The translations under genes and the position numbers were made by a program. Shown here one piece after another: positions 50,548 through 58,529 of a stretch of DNA of 64,000 nucleotides (position 1 is its first letter; every line of letters begins with the position of its first letter). Source of the stretch: Bdellovibrionales bacterium. Lineage in GTDB: Bacteria > Bdellovibrionota > Bdellovibrionia > Bdellovibrionales > UBA1609. The stretch covers positions 384,001 to 448,000 of the forward strand of contig OZ241456.1 of assembly GCA_965200875.1 (NCBI GenBank), read 5' to 3'. The notes under the pieces are model-generated. The model was not told the origin of the DNA. It ran no database searches and worked only from the letters and a program-made list of their open reading frames with translations.

Positions 50548-51369
50548 ATGGCTGTAAAAAAAACCAAGAAGAAGTCGCAGGCCAAAAAAGCCACGAGCAA
50601 GCCAAGCTCTTCCAAGAAGAAGTCGCAGGCCAAAAAAGCCACGAGCAAGCCAAGCTCTTCCAAGAAGAAGTCGCAGGCCAAAAAAGCCACGAGCAAGCCA
50701 AGCTCTTCCAAGAAGAAGTCGCAGGCCAAAAAAGCCACGAGCAAGCCAAGCTCTTCCAAGAAGAAGTCGCAGGCCAAAAAAGCCACGAGCAAGTCAAGCT
50801 CTTCCAAAAAGAAGTCGCAGGCCAAAAAAGCCACGAGCAAGCCAAGCTCTTCCAAGAAGAAGTCGCCGGCTAAAAAAGCCACGAGCAAGCCAAGCTCTTC
50901 CAAAAAGAAGTCGCCGGCTAAAAAAGCCACGAGCAAGCCAAGCTCTTCCAAAAAGAAGTCGCCGGCCAAAGAAGTCGCCGAAAAAATCAGCTCCCCAAAA
51001 AAATCCGAGGAAAGAGTTGAATCCACTTTACTATTCTCCGAAGAACCTCAAAACATTTTTGAACCCAGTGACAGTGCTAAAAAAATTTCCCATCCCAGCT
51101 CCTCTGTGGATTTTTCAGACCCGGAAGAAACATTTTCCTCTTTCGAGGAAGAAGAAGAAGATCGATCCGATTTTTTGGATGAACCGGAGCATGACGACGA
51201 TGAATCTGATTTTGATGATCCAGAAACTGAAGTTTTTGAAGAAGATCCTTTTAGTGAAATGGATGATGATGAAGATCAGGCTTTTGATGATCCCTCCTTC
51301 AGCTTATTTGATGATGATGATGATGAATCATTAGGTCCTGAAAATGATGATTATTTTAGTAGCTTTTGA
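50548..51369 (+). CDS. histone H1-like Lys/Ser repeat protein with acidic C-terminus
   Basis: AGGAG RBS; 8+ copies of KKKS(Q/P)AKKATSKPSSS followed by a D/E-rich tail. Confidence 0.85.
   Translation: MAVKKTKKKSQAKKATSKPSSSKKKSQAKKATSKPSSSKKKSQAKKATSKPSSSKKKSQAKKATSKPSSSKKKSQAKKATSKSSSSKKKSQAKKATSKPSSSKKKSPAKKATSKPSSSKKKSPAKKATSKPSSSKKKSPAKEVAEKISSPKKSEERVESTLLFSEEPQNIFEPSDSAKKISHPSSSVDFSDPEETFSSFEEEEEDRSDFLDEPEHDDDESDFDDPETEVFEEDPFSEMDDDEDQAFDDPSFSLFDDDDDESLGPENDDYFSSF
50566..50970 (+). repeat. 48-bp coding tandem repeat, 8 full copies plus a partial copy
   Basis: AAGAAGAAGTCGCAGGCCAAAAAAGCCACGAGCAAGCCAAGCTCTTCC units. Confidence 0.95.
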
Positions 51370-51525
51370 AAAACTCTCCTGAATATTGGGACATCCTCTG
51401 ATAGAGCCTGTGTTTAAAATGTCTTTAAAGGTTTCTTATCCCTTTGGAGCTTGACATATAATGCCAAAGAATTTAACAATAGAACTTTTAATAATCCAGA
51501 GAAATTTGGGGAAAGTAAATATCTT

Positions 51526-51981
51526 ATGAAAACATGGAATGCGAAACCTGATGAAGTACAAAGAAACTGGTGGTTAGTGGATGCCACTAACTGTTCTTTG
51601 GGGCGTTTGGCCAGTGAAGTGGCAGTATTGCTTAGAGGAAAAAAAAAGCCTGAGTTTACTCCTTATGTGGATACAGGGGATTTTGTGGTTGTTATCAACG
51701 CCAAACAGATTCATTTGACAGGGCGAAAATGGACAGATAAAAAGTATTTTTCCCACTCGGGTTTTTTTGGTTCTTTAAAAGAGAAAAAAGCCAAAGAGCT
51801 TTCCGGTGCTTTGCTTATTAACAAGGCTGTGTCTGGTATGCTTCCCAAGAACAAGATGAGAAAAAAACTAATGAAAAAATTAAAAGTGTATGAAACAGCG
51901 GAGCATCCTCACCAATCCCAAAAGCCTTCTGCTTATTTTTGTATCGGGCAGGAGAGGAAAAGAAAATTGAAAGGAAGTTAA
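51526..51981 (+). CDS. rplM: 50S ribosomal protein L13
   Basis: W.LVDA...LGRLAS, LRGK.KP.FTP.VDTGD, GMLPKN. Confidence 0.97.
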   Translation: MKTWNAKPDEVQRNWWLVDATNCSLGRLASEVAVLLRGKKKPEFTPYVDTGDFVVVINAKQIHLTGRKWTDKKYFSHSGFFGSLKEKKAKELSGALLINKAVSGMLPKNKMRKKLMKKLKVYETAEHPHQSQKPSAYFCIGQERKRKLKGS

Positions 51982-51983
51982 AA

Positions 51984-52370
51984 ATGAAGGTATATTATAG
52001 CACAGGCAGAAGAAAAACCTCTTCAGCAAGAGTATTTTTAAGACCAGGAACAGGTAAAATCACCATTAATGGGAAAGAACCAAAAGTATTTTTTCCTTAT
52101 ATGTCAAAAAGAGCGGAAGTTCTCAAACCTCTGCATCTCACAAAAGAAAGCACATCTGTAGATCTTTACATTACTGTTAAAGGTGGGGGAATTACCGGTC
52201 AATCTGAGGCTATTCGTCATGGCATAGCTCGTGCATTAACTGAATACTCATATAGTCATCGTACTGTCCTGAAAAAAGAAGGCTTGCTCACCAGAGATTC
52301 CAGAATGGTGGAGCGGAAAAAAGCGGGGCTTCACAAAGCCAGAAAAAGCACTCAATTCACTAAGCGATAA
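51984..52370 (+). CDS. rpsI: 30S ribosomal protein S9
   Basis: TGRRKTS, GGGITGQ, LTRDSR.VERKK, QFTKR. Confidence 0.97.
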   Translation: MKVYYSTGRRKTSSARVFLRPGTGKITINGKEPKVFFPYMSKRAEVLKPLHLTKESTSVDLYITVKGGGITGQSEAIRHGIARALTEYSYSHRTVLKKEGLLTRDSRMVERKKAGLHKARKSTQFTKR

Positions 52371-52409
52371 TTATTGTTTCTGAAAAAGATGCCTGTTGGA
52401 TTCTGTCAC

Positions 52410-52568
52410 TTAAGATACAGGTCTGAGGTAAAAGTCAATGTACCAGTTTGTTGAGTTGTACTCCAACAACAAATGTACTTGTTTTTTGATATGATAAAGC
52501 AATATCAAAAAAACAATGGAATAAAAATTTAAAAGTAATCTGGCTGGCAGAGAGTTTAAAATTAACAT
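52410..52568 (-). CDS. putative small hydrophobic protein (52 aa)
   Basis: AGGAGG 6 nt before ATG 52568; hydrophobic N-terminal half. Confidence 0.4.
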   Translation of the reverse strand: MLILNSLPARLLLNFYSIVFLILLYHIKKQVHLLLEYNSTNWYIDFYLRPVS

Positions 52569-52854
52569 GGTAAGCCTCCTTCGTATTTCTATAAAATATT
52601 TATGCAATAATTAGGACAGCTCTTGTTTTTAAAATAATGTGTTTTTGTGTGGTTTTGAGCGTGTAATTTTTCCATGATTGACTAAAAATCAGTCACCATG
52701 CCCTTTTTTGTCCTGCTTTTTGTTTTTTTTGCTGATCAATGAAAAACCCCCTTAAAGAAAAACGCGCCATATTTTCTATATTGACAAGTGTTGTTAAGAC
52801 TTATCGCCATATTACAAAAGTACTGAAATCAGGAAAAAATTGTGTAGTTTTTAA

Positions 52855-52931
52855 TGGTCGGGGAGACAGGATTTGAACCTGCGACCCTCTGCTCCCAAAG
52901 CAGATGCGCTACCGGACTGCGCTACTCCCCG
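52855..52931 (-). tRNA. tRNA-Pro (anticodon UGG)
   Basis: minus strand CGGGGAGTAGCGCAG...TCTGC-TTTGGGA-GCAGA...GGTTCAAATCC...CCA, 77 nt. Confidence 0.97.
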
Positions 52932-53162
52932 TCTATGATAAATGTTTTTTCTTCGTCAATTCCTTATTTTTAGCTTTAAAACAAAATAAAAACCACTCAA
53001 CAGGACTTAAAAAGTCCTAAAATATTTTTTTAACTCATAGTGTTGTACTAAAAAAAAGCCCTTCTATCCCTTTTTTATCCCCTATTTAGATGAGTTTGGT
53101 TTTGAGCACGGGTTTTATACAAAAAATATGAAAAAAGGCCAGTTTTTGAAAAATACTTTATA

Positions 53163-53192
53163 TTGACTCTTTTTTAAAAGAATGAGTATAAG
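53163..53192 (+). promoter_or_regulatory. sigma70-like promoter
   Basis: TTGACT-N18-TATAAG upstream of the 53241 gene. Confidence 0.4.
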
Positions 53193-53240
53193 GAAGAGAA
53201 TAATATATTGTTGAATAAACGTAAACCAAGGAGTTAATTT

Positions 53241-54359
53241 ATGAAAAAATTTATTTGTTTACTCGCCTTGTTTTTCACAACTCCGTTTGCTTTTGCAATG
53301 GATGTGGAATTTGGCGGTCAGCATCGTGCTAGAGGGGTTTATTACCAGCAAGAGGTGGAAGATATTTTCATTCAGCGGTTTAAATTCTCCGGTGCTTTTC
53401 GTCCAAATGAAATGTTTGAAAGCCATTTTTGGCTGATGACCAATTACCAATGGGGTGACACTGAATATAGTGACAACGATATTCGTATTTACGGATATGG
53501 TGACTGGAAAGTATCTGATGAGCTTATGATTAGATTAGGCAGATCGCCTTATCAAATTGCAGATGGTTCATCTGTTGGTATGAATGATTATGACGAATAC
53601 CCTTATGTTTTGGATGGTGCTTTTTTAAGTTACAATACGGAAAGTCTTGCCGTAGATGTATGGGGTGCTTATCTTCCTAAAGTATGGACAGGCATGGGTG
53701 AGGAGGCTTTATACAAAGCAGTTGTTGGGCTTTCTTTGGATGTGCGTGCACTTCCTGAAGAGTTTAAAATGGCTAATTTATTTGGGTTGTATGTTATAGA
53801 CAACAATAATGAAACGGCTCAAATTCGTTTAGGGATCGGCATTGGTGGAGATATATCAGGTCTTGATTACAAACTGACTGGTGTACTTCATGGTGCTAAT
53901 CTTGAAGATCTTAAACAATACGGTGTTGATGCGCAAGTGGGTTACACTCTCGACTTCGACGCGCGTATCTATGTTGGTGGTCACTATGAGTCAGAATCAT
54001 ACGACTCATTTTATTACAGCCGTCATGGTCGCTCCGGTCTTTTGGATGTAGCTCAGTGGGGTAAAGGAACTGTCTATGGAAAAGGTGGTATCGCTTATAT
54101 GCCCAGTGAGGATTTTGAGGTTGGTATTGTTGGGTTATATTTCCACAAAATTGGTGTTTTTGGCAAATGGGCCAATAACGGGAAAAGCCCTCAGGATGAC
54201 TCTAAAGATTTAAACAAAGAAGAAGTGGTTGAAGCTGACCTGTACATAAAGAAAAGCTATGCAGGTGGGTTTGCTATAAAACTAAAAGGTGGTCTCTTTG
54301 ACTTGACGGCTGGGCGACCTTATTGGCAAGTGCAGTTAAATACCACATTTGATTTCTAA
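53241..54359 (+). CDS. outer membrane porin (alginate-export-like beta-barrel)
   Basis: AGGAG RBS, AFA signal peptide, G..R.R first strand, LGR..Y, terminal FDF. Confidence 0.75.
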   Translation: MKKFICLLALFFTTPFAFAMDVEFGGQHRARGVYYQQEVEDIFIQRFKFSGAFRPNEMFESHFWLMTNYQWGDTEYSDNDIRIYGYGDWKVSDELMIRLGRSPYQIADGSSVGMNDYDEYPYVLDGAFLSYNTESLAVDVWGAYLPKVWTGMGEEALYKAVVGLSLDVRALPEEFKMANLFGLYVIDNNNETAQIRLGIGIGGDISGLDYKLTGVLHGANLEDLKQYGVDAQVGYTLDFDARIYVGGHYESESYDSFYYSRHGRSGLLDVAQWGKGTVYGKGGIAYMPSEDFEVGIVGLYFHKIGVFGKWANNGKSPQDDSKDLNKEEVVEADLYIKKSYAGGFAIKLKGGLFDLTAGRPYWQVQLNTTFDF

Positions 54360-54383
54360 TTATTTTTGACTTGTGTTAAAATC

Positions 54384-54414
54384 AAAGGGCCGGTCAAAAA
54401 AACGGCCCTTTTTT
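54384..54414 (+). terminator. intrinsic terminator
   Basis: AAGGGCCG-loop-CGGCCCTT followed by a T run. Confidence 0.8.
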
Positions 54415-54433
54415 ACTTTATCAGGCAATAATT

Positions 54434-54940
54434 ATGTTTCGCCTTTCTTTTATTATTATTTTAATGCTTTTTTTTTCTGAAGTTGGCTTTTCCATGAAAA
54501 GACCAAACTTCCCTATAAATAAGGAGTTAAAAGGGACACTAACATCCTTATTAGATAAGGCTGTGGATTTACATCAGGCTTTCTATTCCAAGAAAGAAGA
54601 TCAAATGCGCTTAACCTTATTGAAAATGATAAACACCATTAAAATTTTAGAGCAATCTCCTCAACCGCTACCTTATCATCAAAGAACTTACATATCTAAA
54701 CTGTTGCGGGAGTTAAAACCTAAACTGGAAACCCTGAAAAACTCTTATGGAAATACTGCTGAAAGCATCAATTCTATTAATCGATCCTTAACCTATATGG
54801 CTCATGTATATGGGTTAAAAAAATATGTTGTTTTTTTCTGTCCAAAAGACCGCAGTGTGTGGATGCAAGGCCAGCACACAAAAGCTGGAAAGCCTTTGCA
54901 TTTGGAATATCAATCATGTGGAGCACCAGTTGGCAAATAA
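54434..54940 (+). CDS. secreted helical protein with FCP...W.Q...CG motif (DUF3347-like)
   Basis: signal peptide; C-terminal FFCPKD.SVWMQ...SCG. Confidence 0.6.
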   Translation: MFRLSFIIILMLFFSEVGFSMKRPNFPINKELKGTLTSLLDKAVDLHQAFYSKKEDQMRLTLLKMINTIKILEQSPQPLPYHQRTYISKLLRELKPKLETLKNSYGNTAESINSINRSLTYMAHVYGLKKYVVFFCPKDRSVWMQGQHTKAGKPLHLEYQSCGAPVGK

Positions 54941-54991
54941 ACCATACCTGTTTTCTCGTGAATTCAGCTCCTAAAAAAGAGGAGTATAAAA

Positions 54992-55606
54992 GTGGTTCAA
55001 TGGTTGTTATCTCTTCCTAAAAATATATTTGTTCTTTTGGTGTTAGGAGTGGCTATTTTATTTATAGTGGTGAAAGATCCTCCTCACACTATTTGCCGAA
55101 CACAAATAGAAAACTTTAAAGCTCAACAAAAAGGAATTATTTATAAAGATCCTAACATTAAAACAAGACAAAAACCCTTATTGGAAGTGTTAACTGAAAA
55201 CTGCAAAAAACACAATTCTCCAGGAAGTTGTTATGGGTTATTTTCAAAAACAAAAGTATTCATAAATAATTTTAGAGTGGTTTCGAGAGACTGCCACGCG
55301 CTTTTTTCTGCTCTTCCCAAGGTACGTAATACTTTATTTACGGTATATAGCTTGATGATTCGGATAGCTTGGGGGGATGCTCCTCCTATAGAATACCAGG
55401 ATAAATTAAATTGGTTTTCCGAAGTGGATATGTCTTTTTTTTGCTTATTAAAGGAGGAAATTCTCTCTTACTATGGAGAAAGTGGACTATTGGGTATAGA
55501 ACGAAAAACATTTAAAACTCTGCCAGGAGTAAAAAACATGAATGAAACCCGTATTCGGGAATTGGCTATTATTTCTGAAAACTGCTCTCGTTATCCATCT
55601 TTGTAA
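54992..55606 (+). CDS. membrane-anchored Cys-rich hypothetical protein
   Basis: GAGGAG RBS, GTG start, N-terminal TM, six Cys. Confidence 0.7.
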   Translation: MVQWLLSLPKNIFVLLVLGVAILFIVVKDPPHTICRTQIENFKAQQKGIIYKDPNIKTRQKPLLEVLTENCKKHNSPGSCYGLFSKTKVFINNFRVVSRDCHALFSALPKVRNTLFTVYSLMIRIAWGDAPPIEYQDKLNWFSEVDMSFFCLLKEEILSYYGESGLLGIERKTFKTLPGVKNMNETRIRELAIISENCSRYPSL

Positions 55607-56759
55607 ACTGATTCCTCTTTTTGCCGGTTTTTTTATGTTTCTTTTTTTTCTTCAAAGGTTTTTTCAAAGTAGATGGTGTCTGGTCCTGCTTCTGGTTTTC
55701 CTTCTTTTTTTTCTGGTTCTGCTTTGAATGATTGGGCTTAAGAAGAGGGTGGTGAGTTTCCAACAGTCGACTCAGATGAGATATATGAAGGTGTGTGTAT
55801 TTCTGAGTGGAGGCCAAAGACTCATGCCCCAACAATTCCTGAAGTGTGCGCAGGTCTGAACCACTGTTTAAAAGATGTGTGGCAAAACTATGTCTCAGTA
55901 TATGGGGGTTTAAAGGTTTTTTAAGACCTGCTCTCTCCCCCCAGTATTTTACTCGGTCATAGGCTTTTCTGGTAGAAAGAGGAGGGTTAAATATCAACCC
56001 TGAGAGTTTTCTCTCTGATCTTAGATAAGTTAAAACCAGCTCAGGCACAACAGATAATCTCCATTTCCCACCTTTGCCTTTAATTCTTAAAATACCCTTT
56101 GAAAAATCCACTTGTTTCCACTTTAATCCACAAGCTTCACTGACTCTCAAACCTCCTCCATAGAGGAGCAAAATCAAAATAAGGTCTCTTTTGTCACTTT
56201 CTTTGCGATGGGTAAAAACCTCCTTGCGCAAAGTTTGTACTAAATATAAGGCTTCATCCACGGATAAATAATGAGGCAGGCGCAGGGGTAAAGGATTCAG
56301 CCGAACCTGATCCTGGAGATTTTTGGTTATCAAGTTTTTGATGAATAACCATTTCAGGAAAGATTTAATACAGGCATATTTGCGATTTTGGGTGGCGGGG
56401 GAAAGCCTGGACCACTGTTTAAAGCTTTTTTGGATGAAAGTTTCCAACAATCGGTGCAAAAGTTTTGGATTGACTGAATTTAAGTCATTGATTTCTGAAA
56501 AATCTGGTGGATTACAGGATAAATTAAAAAACTGTTTTTTCTTTTCCGTCAAAAGAAAAGACATACAGTCAGGTGTGTAAGAAAGTAAAAACTGTCTTAA
56601 ATCTATACAGTACGATTTTATGGTAAGTGGAGAGGCGACTTTATTAAATTCCAAATATTTCAAGTATTTATAGGAAAACTGTCTTACTTTTAGACAACAT
56701 ATAAATATTTTATAATCAGATTTTTTTATATTTTTTGTAAAAAAATTACATATTTTCAT
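55569..56759 (-). CDS. xerC: XerC/XerD family tyrosine recombinase
   Basis: GLRVSE, GKGGK.R, HILRHSFATHLL..G.DLR..QELLGH.SL.STQ.YTH; start uncertain. Confidence 0.85.
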   Translation of the reverse strand: MKICNFFTKNIKKSDYKIFICCLKVRQFSYKYLKYLEFNKVASPLTIKSYCIDLRQFLLSYTPDCMSFLLTEKKKQFFNLSCNPPDFSEINDLNSVNPKLLHRLLETFIQKSFKQWSRLSPATQNRKYACIKSFLKWLFIKNLITKNLQDQVRLNPLPLRLPHYLSVDEALYLVQTLRKEVFTHRKESDKRDLILILLLYGGGLRVSEACGLKWKQVDFSKGILRIKGKGGKWRLSVVPELVLTYLRSERKLSGLIFNPPLSTRKAYDRVKYWGERAGLKKPLNPHILRHSFATHLLNSGSDLRTLQELLGHESLASTQKYTHLHISHLSRLLETHHPLLKPNHSKQNQKKKKENQKQDQTPSTLKKPLKKKKKHKKTGKKRNQFTKMDNESSFQK

Positions 56760-56797
56760 TGAAAAATTTTCAAGACTTTGATACAGAAATAATGCAC

Positions 56798-56814
56798 TGT
56801 CTCATAATGAGACA
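56798..56814. promoter_or_regulatory. perfect palindromic operator
   Basis: TGTCTCAT-A-ATGAGACA between divergent xerC and the sigma54 activator. Confidence 0.65.
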
Positions 56815-56847
56815 CATATAGTTTAACCACGGAAGGAGTAAAAACAA

Positions 56848-57870
56848 ATGATCCCATATTTAACCAAAGGCCAGGGTAACACTTTAATGAGTGAGATAAA
56901 AGAAAAAGACTCAGGGAATAAAAAGATGATTTATTGTTCTGAGGAAATAAAAAAACTGGTTAAAATAGTCGATAAAGTTGCTTTTACAGAAGCATCTGTG
57001 CTGATTTCCGGTAAGAGCGGAACTGGCAAAGAAATGATTGCCAAAGAAATACATAATAAAAGCTACAGAAAAAGCAAGTCTTTCACTGTGATTAACTGTA
57101 GTTGCTTGAACGAAAATACTATCGAAAGTGAACTTTTTGGACATGAAAAAGGAGCTTTTACAGGTGCTGACCGGCAAAAAAAAGGTTTATTGGAAAAAGC
57201 CAACAACGGTACTTTGTTGTTGGATGAAATTGGAGATTTAAACCTCAAAACCCAAGCAAAACTTTTAAGGCTTTTACAGGAAAATGAAATATACAGAGTG
57301 GGGGGCAATGTTCCCATAAAGCTTAATATACGGATTATATGTTGCACGAATAAAAATCTGGCGTCAGAAGTTATAAAAGGGCGGTTCAGAGAGGATCTCT
57401 ATTACAGGATAAACACCATTGCCATTACTGTGCCCTCTCTTTCTGAAAGGTCGGAGGATATTCCTGTATTATTAAAACACTTTTTAGGAAAAAACACGCA
57501 GATTGAAAAAGCAGTTTTGGATATCCTTTTAAGTTACTCTTGGCCAGGTAATATCAGGGAATTGGAGAACCTCTGCGAGAGGCTGAAGGTTTTGCAAGCA
57601 GGAAATATCATCAAAGAAGAGCATTTGCCGGAGGAATTTTTAATCAGGCAGAAGCAATCCGCCATTCCTTATGACCCAGGGATGACTTTAGCAGAATTAA
57701 ATAAACTCTACATACTGAACGCTATGGAGCATTTTTCCTCTAAAAGAGAAGCTGCCCAGGCTTTGGGTATCACAGTGAAAACACTTTACAATCGTTTGCA
57801 TGAATATGGTGCTTTTAAAAACTATTCTCTTCATTGTACACCTGTTGTTCCAGTGGAAGCAAAAGCCTAG
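56848..57870 (+). CDS. sigma54-dependent activator without sensor domain
   Basis: GKSGTGKE, GAFTGA, LLDEIG, FREDLYYR, WPGNIREL, HTH. Confidence 0.93.
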   Translation: MIPYLTKGQGNTLMSEIKEKDSGNKKMIYCSEEIKKLVKIVDKVAFTEASVLISGKSGTGKEMIAKEIHNKSYRKSKSFTVINCSCLNENTIESELFGHEKGAFTGADRQKKGLLEKANNGTLLLDEIGDLNLKTQAKLLRLLQENEIYRVGGNVPIKLNIRIICCTNKNLASEVIKGRFREDLYYRINTIAITVPSLSERSEDIPVLLKHFLGKNTQIEKAVLDILLSYSWPGNIRELENLCERLKVLQAGNIIKEEHLPEEFLIRQKQSAIPYDPGMTLAELNKLYILNAMEHFSSKREAAQALGITVKTLYNRLHEYGAFKNYSLHCTPVVPVEAKA

Positions 57871-58001
57871 AGGGAGCAAAAGCATAAAAGCCGGAAAGAA
57901 ATACAGTTTGGCATTTACTGGTTTGGAGGTTTTTATGCAAAAACTTGACTTTTTCCAGTATGATATGATATACACTAAAGATAATCAAAGGAAACACTGA
58001 T

Positions 58002-58262
58002 ATGGATATAAATTTATTGGCCAGTTTGACAGCTCTATTATTTACTGGCGGTATTTTCTTATTGGCTTTTCAAGCTTTCCTCTTGAGGGGAGTGAATGCC
58101 ATGTTGAATGCAAAAATTAATCCGCTGGAAAGTCGTATGGATAATCTGGAAAGTCGTATGGATAATCTGGAAAGTCGTATGGATAATCTGGAAAGTCGTA
58201 TGGATCGCATTGAGTCCAAACTGGATCAAATTTTATCAAATCAATCTGCCTCAGCTAAATAA
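58002..58262 (+). CDS. small TM plus coiled-coil heptad-repeat protein
   Basis: N-terminal TM, (LESRMDN) x4. Confidence 0.75.
   Translation: MDINLLASLTALLFTGGIFLLAFQAFLLRGVNAMLNAKINPLESRMDNLESRMDNLESRMDNLESRMDRIESKLDQILSNQSASAK
58125..58205 (+). repeat. 21-bp coding tandem repeat, 3 full copies plus a partial copy
   Basis: CTGGAAAGTCGTATGGATAAT units. Confidence 0.95.
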
Positions 58263-58529
58263 TCGATTTATGATTTAAATATAAACCTCACACTCTCTGT
58301 ATAGGGCTTGATGTCGATGATAAAGCCTTTTCTAGCAAAGCCTTTTTACTCAAAACCAGTGAAAATTATAAAAAAATCAAGTAATAACAGTTATTAACCA
58401 TGTTTTCATGGATCACTAAATCGTGTAAAGATTACACCATTTATTTTTAGAAGTAGTTTTTTTTTGGTATTTTTCATAGGATGCTTTACTGTCACAATAA
58501 CAATAAGCTGAGATTTAAGGATTCATATC

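Noticed and set aside
50496..51026. Minus-strand repetitive ORFs (LEELGLLVAFLACDFF; WKSLACSWLFWPATSS)
   Set aside because: Antisense shadows of the 48-bp repeat; the plus-strand gene has the RBS and continues beyond the repeat
52855..56759. Integrative element at tRNA-Pro using the tyrosine recombinase
   Set aside because: The recombinase has housekeeping XerC/D motifs, no duplicated tRNA 3' end was seen, and the intervening genes look chromosomal
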